A model generated the notes under the pieces. The model searched no databases, had not been told where the DNA came from, and worked only from the letters and a program-made list of their open reading frames with translations. A stretch of DNA of 64,000 nucleotides from Anthoceros angustus (lineage: Eukaryota; Plantae; Anthocerotophyta), in assembly GCA_010909165.1 (NCBI GenBank), contig MU008206.1:62001-126000 (forward strand), given 5' to 3'. Position 1 is the first letter of the stretch, and every line of letters begins with the position of its first letter. Made by a program: the position numbers and the translations under genes. This document shows positions 61,185-64,000 of the stretch, in pieces.

Positions 61185-64000
61185 TGAGAACAAAAGCGGA
61201 AGCATGAATTAGGAAAAGAGTTAGAATGTACATAGAAAGGGCCCTTTATAGGAACCCGGCACTTCGTAGGGGTGCTGTTAACAACGAGCTAGGTTAGCCT
61301 AACCCGCTCAACTAATAGCTAGGGTTATGTAAACCTTACTAAACTTAACACTCCCTCTTAAGGATAACATAACCTAGGCTAAGAACTCCCTCTCAGGAGG
61401 GAATGACTTCTGGTCTTCATTTGTCGGTGAGGTAGGGGGTGAAGTCGATTAGCCCCATACTCTCCATGTGCTGGCAGTGTCGGGTCTTGGGCAGGCCCTT
61501 CGTCAGGATGTCTGCCAAATTGTCCTCAGTTGCCACGTAACTGGCGTCTACCACCTTGCGCTCGACCACGTCTCGGATGTAATGATGCTGGATCTCTATG
61601 TGCTTCGTCCTAGCATGGAACTTCGGATTTGAGATCAAAGCCAGGGCAGACATGTTGTCGCAGAGGAGTGACGTCGGCCGGTCTTGTTTTTGGCCGATGT
61701 CAGCTAAGAAAGCTCGCTCCCACTCAGCTTCCTTAGAGGCGTCAGTGAGTGACTTGTACTCGGCCTCTGTAGAAGAAAGCGCTATAGAGGTTTGCTTCTT
61801 GCAACTCCAGTTGACAGCAGCTGAAGATAGCATGAAGCAGTGGGCGCTAAGGCTCTTTCTTGAGTCTGGGTCAGATGCCCAATCGGCATCTGTGTAGCCA
61901 CTGAGGGTGAGCTTGCTGGTTCCTCCACCATGATACATTAGTCCATATGTAGAGGTACCCTTCAGGTAGCGGAATATCCTCTTGACTGCCGCCCAATGTG
62001 CCTTGCCGGGGTTCTCCAGGAACTGAGATACTGTGGAGACAGAATAGTGGATGTCAGGCCTCGTCCAGCCGCTGACGAAGAGAAGACTTCCTACAGCATG
62101 GCGATAAGGGATCCCATGCGTGTCCTTGGTCTCCTCTTCAGTCTGAGGGCACTGCTCAGCAGTGAGTTTCGTGCCCACAGCATAAGGGGTGGTGACAGGC
62201 CTAGCTTGGTCCAGCTTGAATTTCCTCAGTATCTCGTTGACATATTTGTACTGATGAATGATCAACTTCCTTTCAGCTCTATTCCTCAAGATCTGGATTC
62301 CAAGACAGAATTGGAGCTCTCCAATATCCTTCATCTCGAAACGGGAGCTGAGGAGCTGTTTGACTTCCGCTAGCAAATCCAGGTTGTTAGCGGAGAGGAT
62401 AAGATCATCCACGTACAGAGCAAGGATGACGAAGTGAACCCCTCGAGTCAGCATGTAGACGTTGCCGTCGGCCGCACTTTGGACAAAGGAAATGCTGAGT
62501 AGGTAGACGTGCATAGTAATATACCACACTCGTCCGCTCTGTTTGAGCCCATAGATGCACTTCCTCAGCCTTAGGACCTTGTTGGGGAACTCCTTGCTGA
62601 AGTAGCCTTCTGGCTGATCCATGTAGAGCTCTTCATCCAAGGTGCCGTAGAGGTAAGCAGTCTTGACGTCCATCTGATGGAGCTCCAAATCCAATTCAGC
62701 CGCAAGGGCAAGCAAAATCCGTATGGATTGCGCGCGTACCACCGGGGAGAAAGTCTCCTGGTAATCCAGACCTTCGACTTGAGAGAACCCACGTGCCACT
62801 AACCGGGCCTTGAAGCGGTCCACCTGTCCTTGGGCGTTGAGCTTAAGCTTGAACGTCCACTTACAGGAGATAGGCTTCCTTCCAGGGGGAGGGTCGACGA
62901 GTTCCCAGGTCTTGTTCTGAAGGAGACTCTGGTACTCGTCTTCCACTGCGACCCGCCATTGCGCAGACTCAGGTCCTGCAAAGGCTTGGGAAAGAGTGGT
63001 TGGCTCCTCTGGGAGTGCCGTTGGAGACAAGGCCGCAGAAAGTGAACTGAAGGATGTCCTGAAGTCGATGGACTGATAGGGTGGCTCCGCCCACTGAGAT
63101 GGTGGTGCTCGATGCCGAGTGCTGCGACGAGGGCCGGGGTGAGGTGCCGGAACAGCCGGCACAGGCTTAACATCGGCCAACACGGGCTCCAGCAGCCTCC
63201 GGCAAATGGCAAATCTGAGTCGGTCGGCCGGCATCGTCAGCAGTGGTCGAGCAGCAGGAAAAATACCATCAGGGTCTTCAGGAGGCATGTCGGGGGCGAT
63301 CGGCACATCGTCCTCAGGGGCGGTGCCGTCCTCCAGATTCTCCACATAGCCTGGGTCACCGTCCTCGGTGGGGTAGGCGCCTGTCGGGTCGGCCGCCGCA
63401 GGCTGTCGTGACACATCTCCTCGTCGGGCTTGGGCTCCGGAAGGTAAGGCGCGCCAAGGTGATGTCGCGCGTTTCGGGGTCGAAGAGCTTGTAGGCCTTA
63501 GAGCTCTCGCTGTAGCCCACAAAAATAAGTTTCTTCGCCTCTGTCTAACCGGCCGCTTCAAGGTGGATGAAGGCAAAGTCAGCCAAACACCCATAGGTGC
63601 TGGATGCTGGGCTTGCGCTGCCAATATACCTCATAGGGGGTGCGGCCCGGAACTGAGCTCGTAATAACTCGGTTCAATATATATGTGGCCGCCACTATCG
63701 CCTCTGCCCAGAAGCCTTGAGGAAGTCCAGACCATAGCAGCATGCTCCTGGTCATGGATAGGAGCGTCTGATTCTTACGCTCCGCTACTCCATTCTGCTG
63801 TGGAGTGTAGGTTACCGTGAGTTGTCTTTGGATTCCTCGCTCCAGGAGGAAGGCATCAAACTCTTGGTTGACAAACTCCGTGCCGTTGTCGCTCCGCAGG
63901 ATCTTGAGCTGTTGTCCAGTCTGACGTTCAGCCACAGGGAGCCACTCCTTGAAGTATGTGAATGTGTCACTCTTCAGATGCATAGGGTAAGTCCAAGAAT
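61185..64000 (-). mobile_element. Ty1/Copia LTR retrotransposon, 3' part (continues beyond the window)
   Basis: 3' LTR 61350->61185 (TGTTAAG...TTCTCA) preceded by PPT AAGAGGGAG (61351-61359). Candidate TSD TAAGA at 61180-84. Confidence 0.93.
61417..63983 (-). CDS. Copia pol: integrase core, RT and RNaseH, nearly intact
   Basis: [71 protein letters not shown]. Frame breaks only around 63430-63600. Confidence 0.95.

Overview
Eukaryotic nuclear DNA of a streptophyte plant or alga; a non-seed plant or zygnematophyte is inferred from the compact introns and the FIE, F-box/PP2 and DUF1279 genes. The window has three zones. (1) 1-36.8 kb is a nest of transposable elements. It holds CACTA Tnp2 remnants, an Athila/Tat-type Gypsy integrase, and two ~1.1-kb LTR-like repeats in INVERTED orientation (6857-7968 and 20979-33524). 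These bracket a ~4-kb single-ORF module that carries repeated CCTACC-NN-GGTAGG palindromes. A complete Copia element (11913-20151) sits in that module, and a complete CACTA element (21962-33332, AGA target-site duplication) sits in the right repeat; the empty site is visible in the left repeat. (2) 37-57 kb is a dense island of eight genes: an animal-like PARN deadenylase, an orphan gene, DUF1279, F-box/PP2, a SAM methyltransferase, Polycomb FIE, an intronless aminopeptidase P1 and ISU1. A fold-back pogo transposon resembling a 'killer' hairpin allele lies in a divergent promoter. (3) 57.5-64 kb is a Ty3/Gypsy element interrupted by a near-intact Copia. Many frameshifts in the TE sequences look like unpolished long-read errors. 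No rRNA, tRNA or CRISPR array was seen. All family calls come from motif recognition by eye, not database searches.
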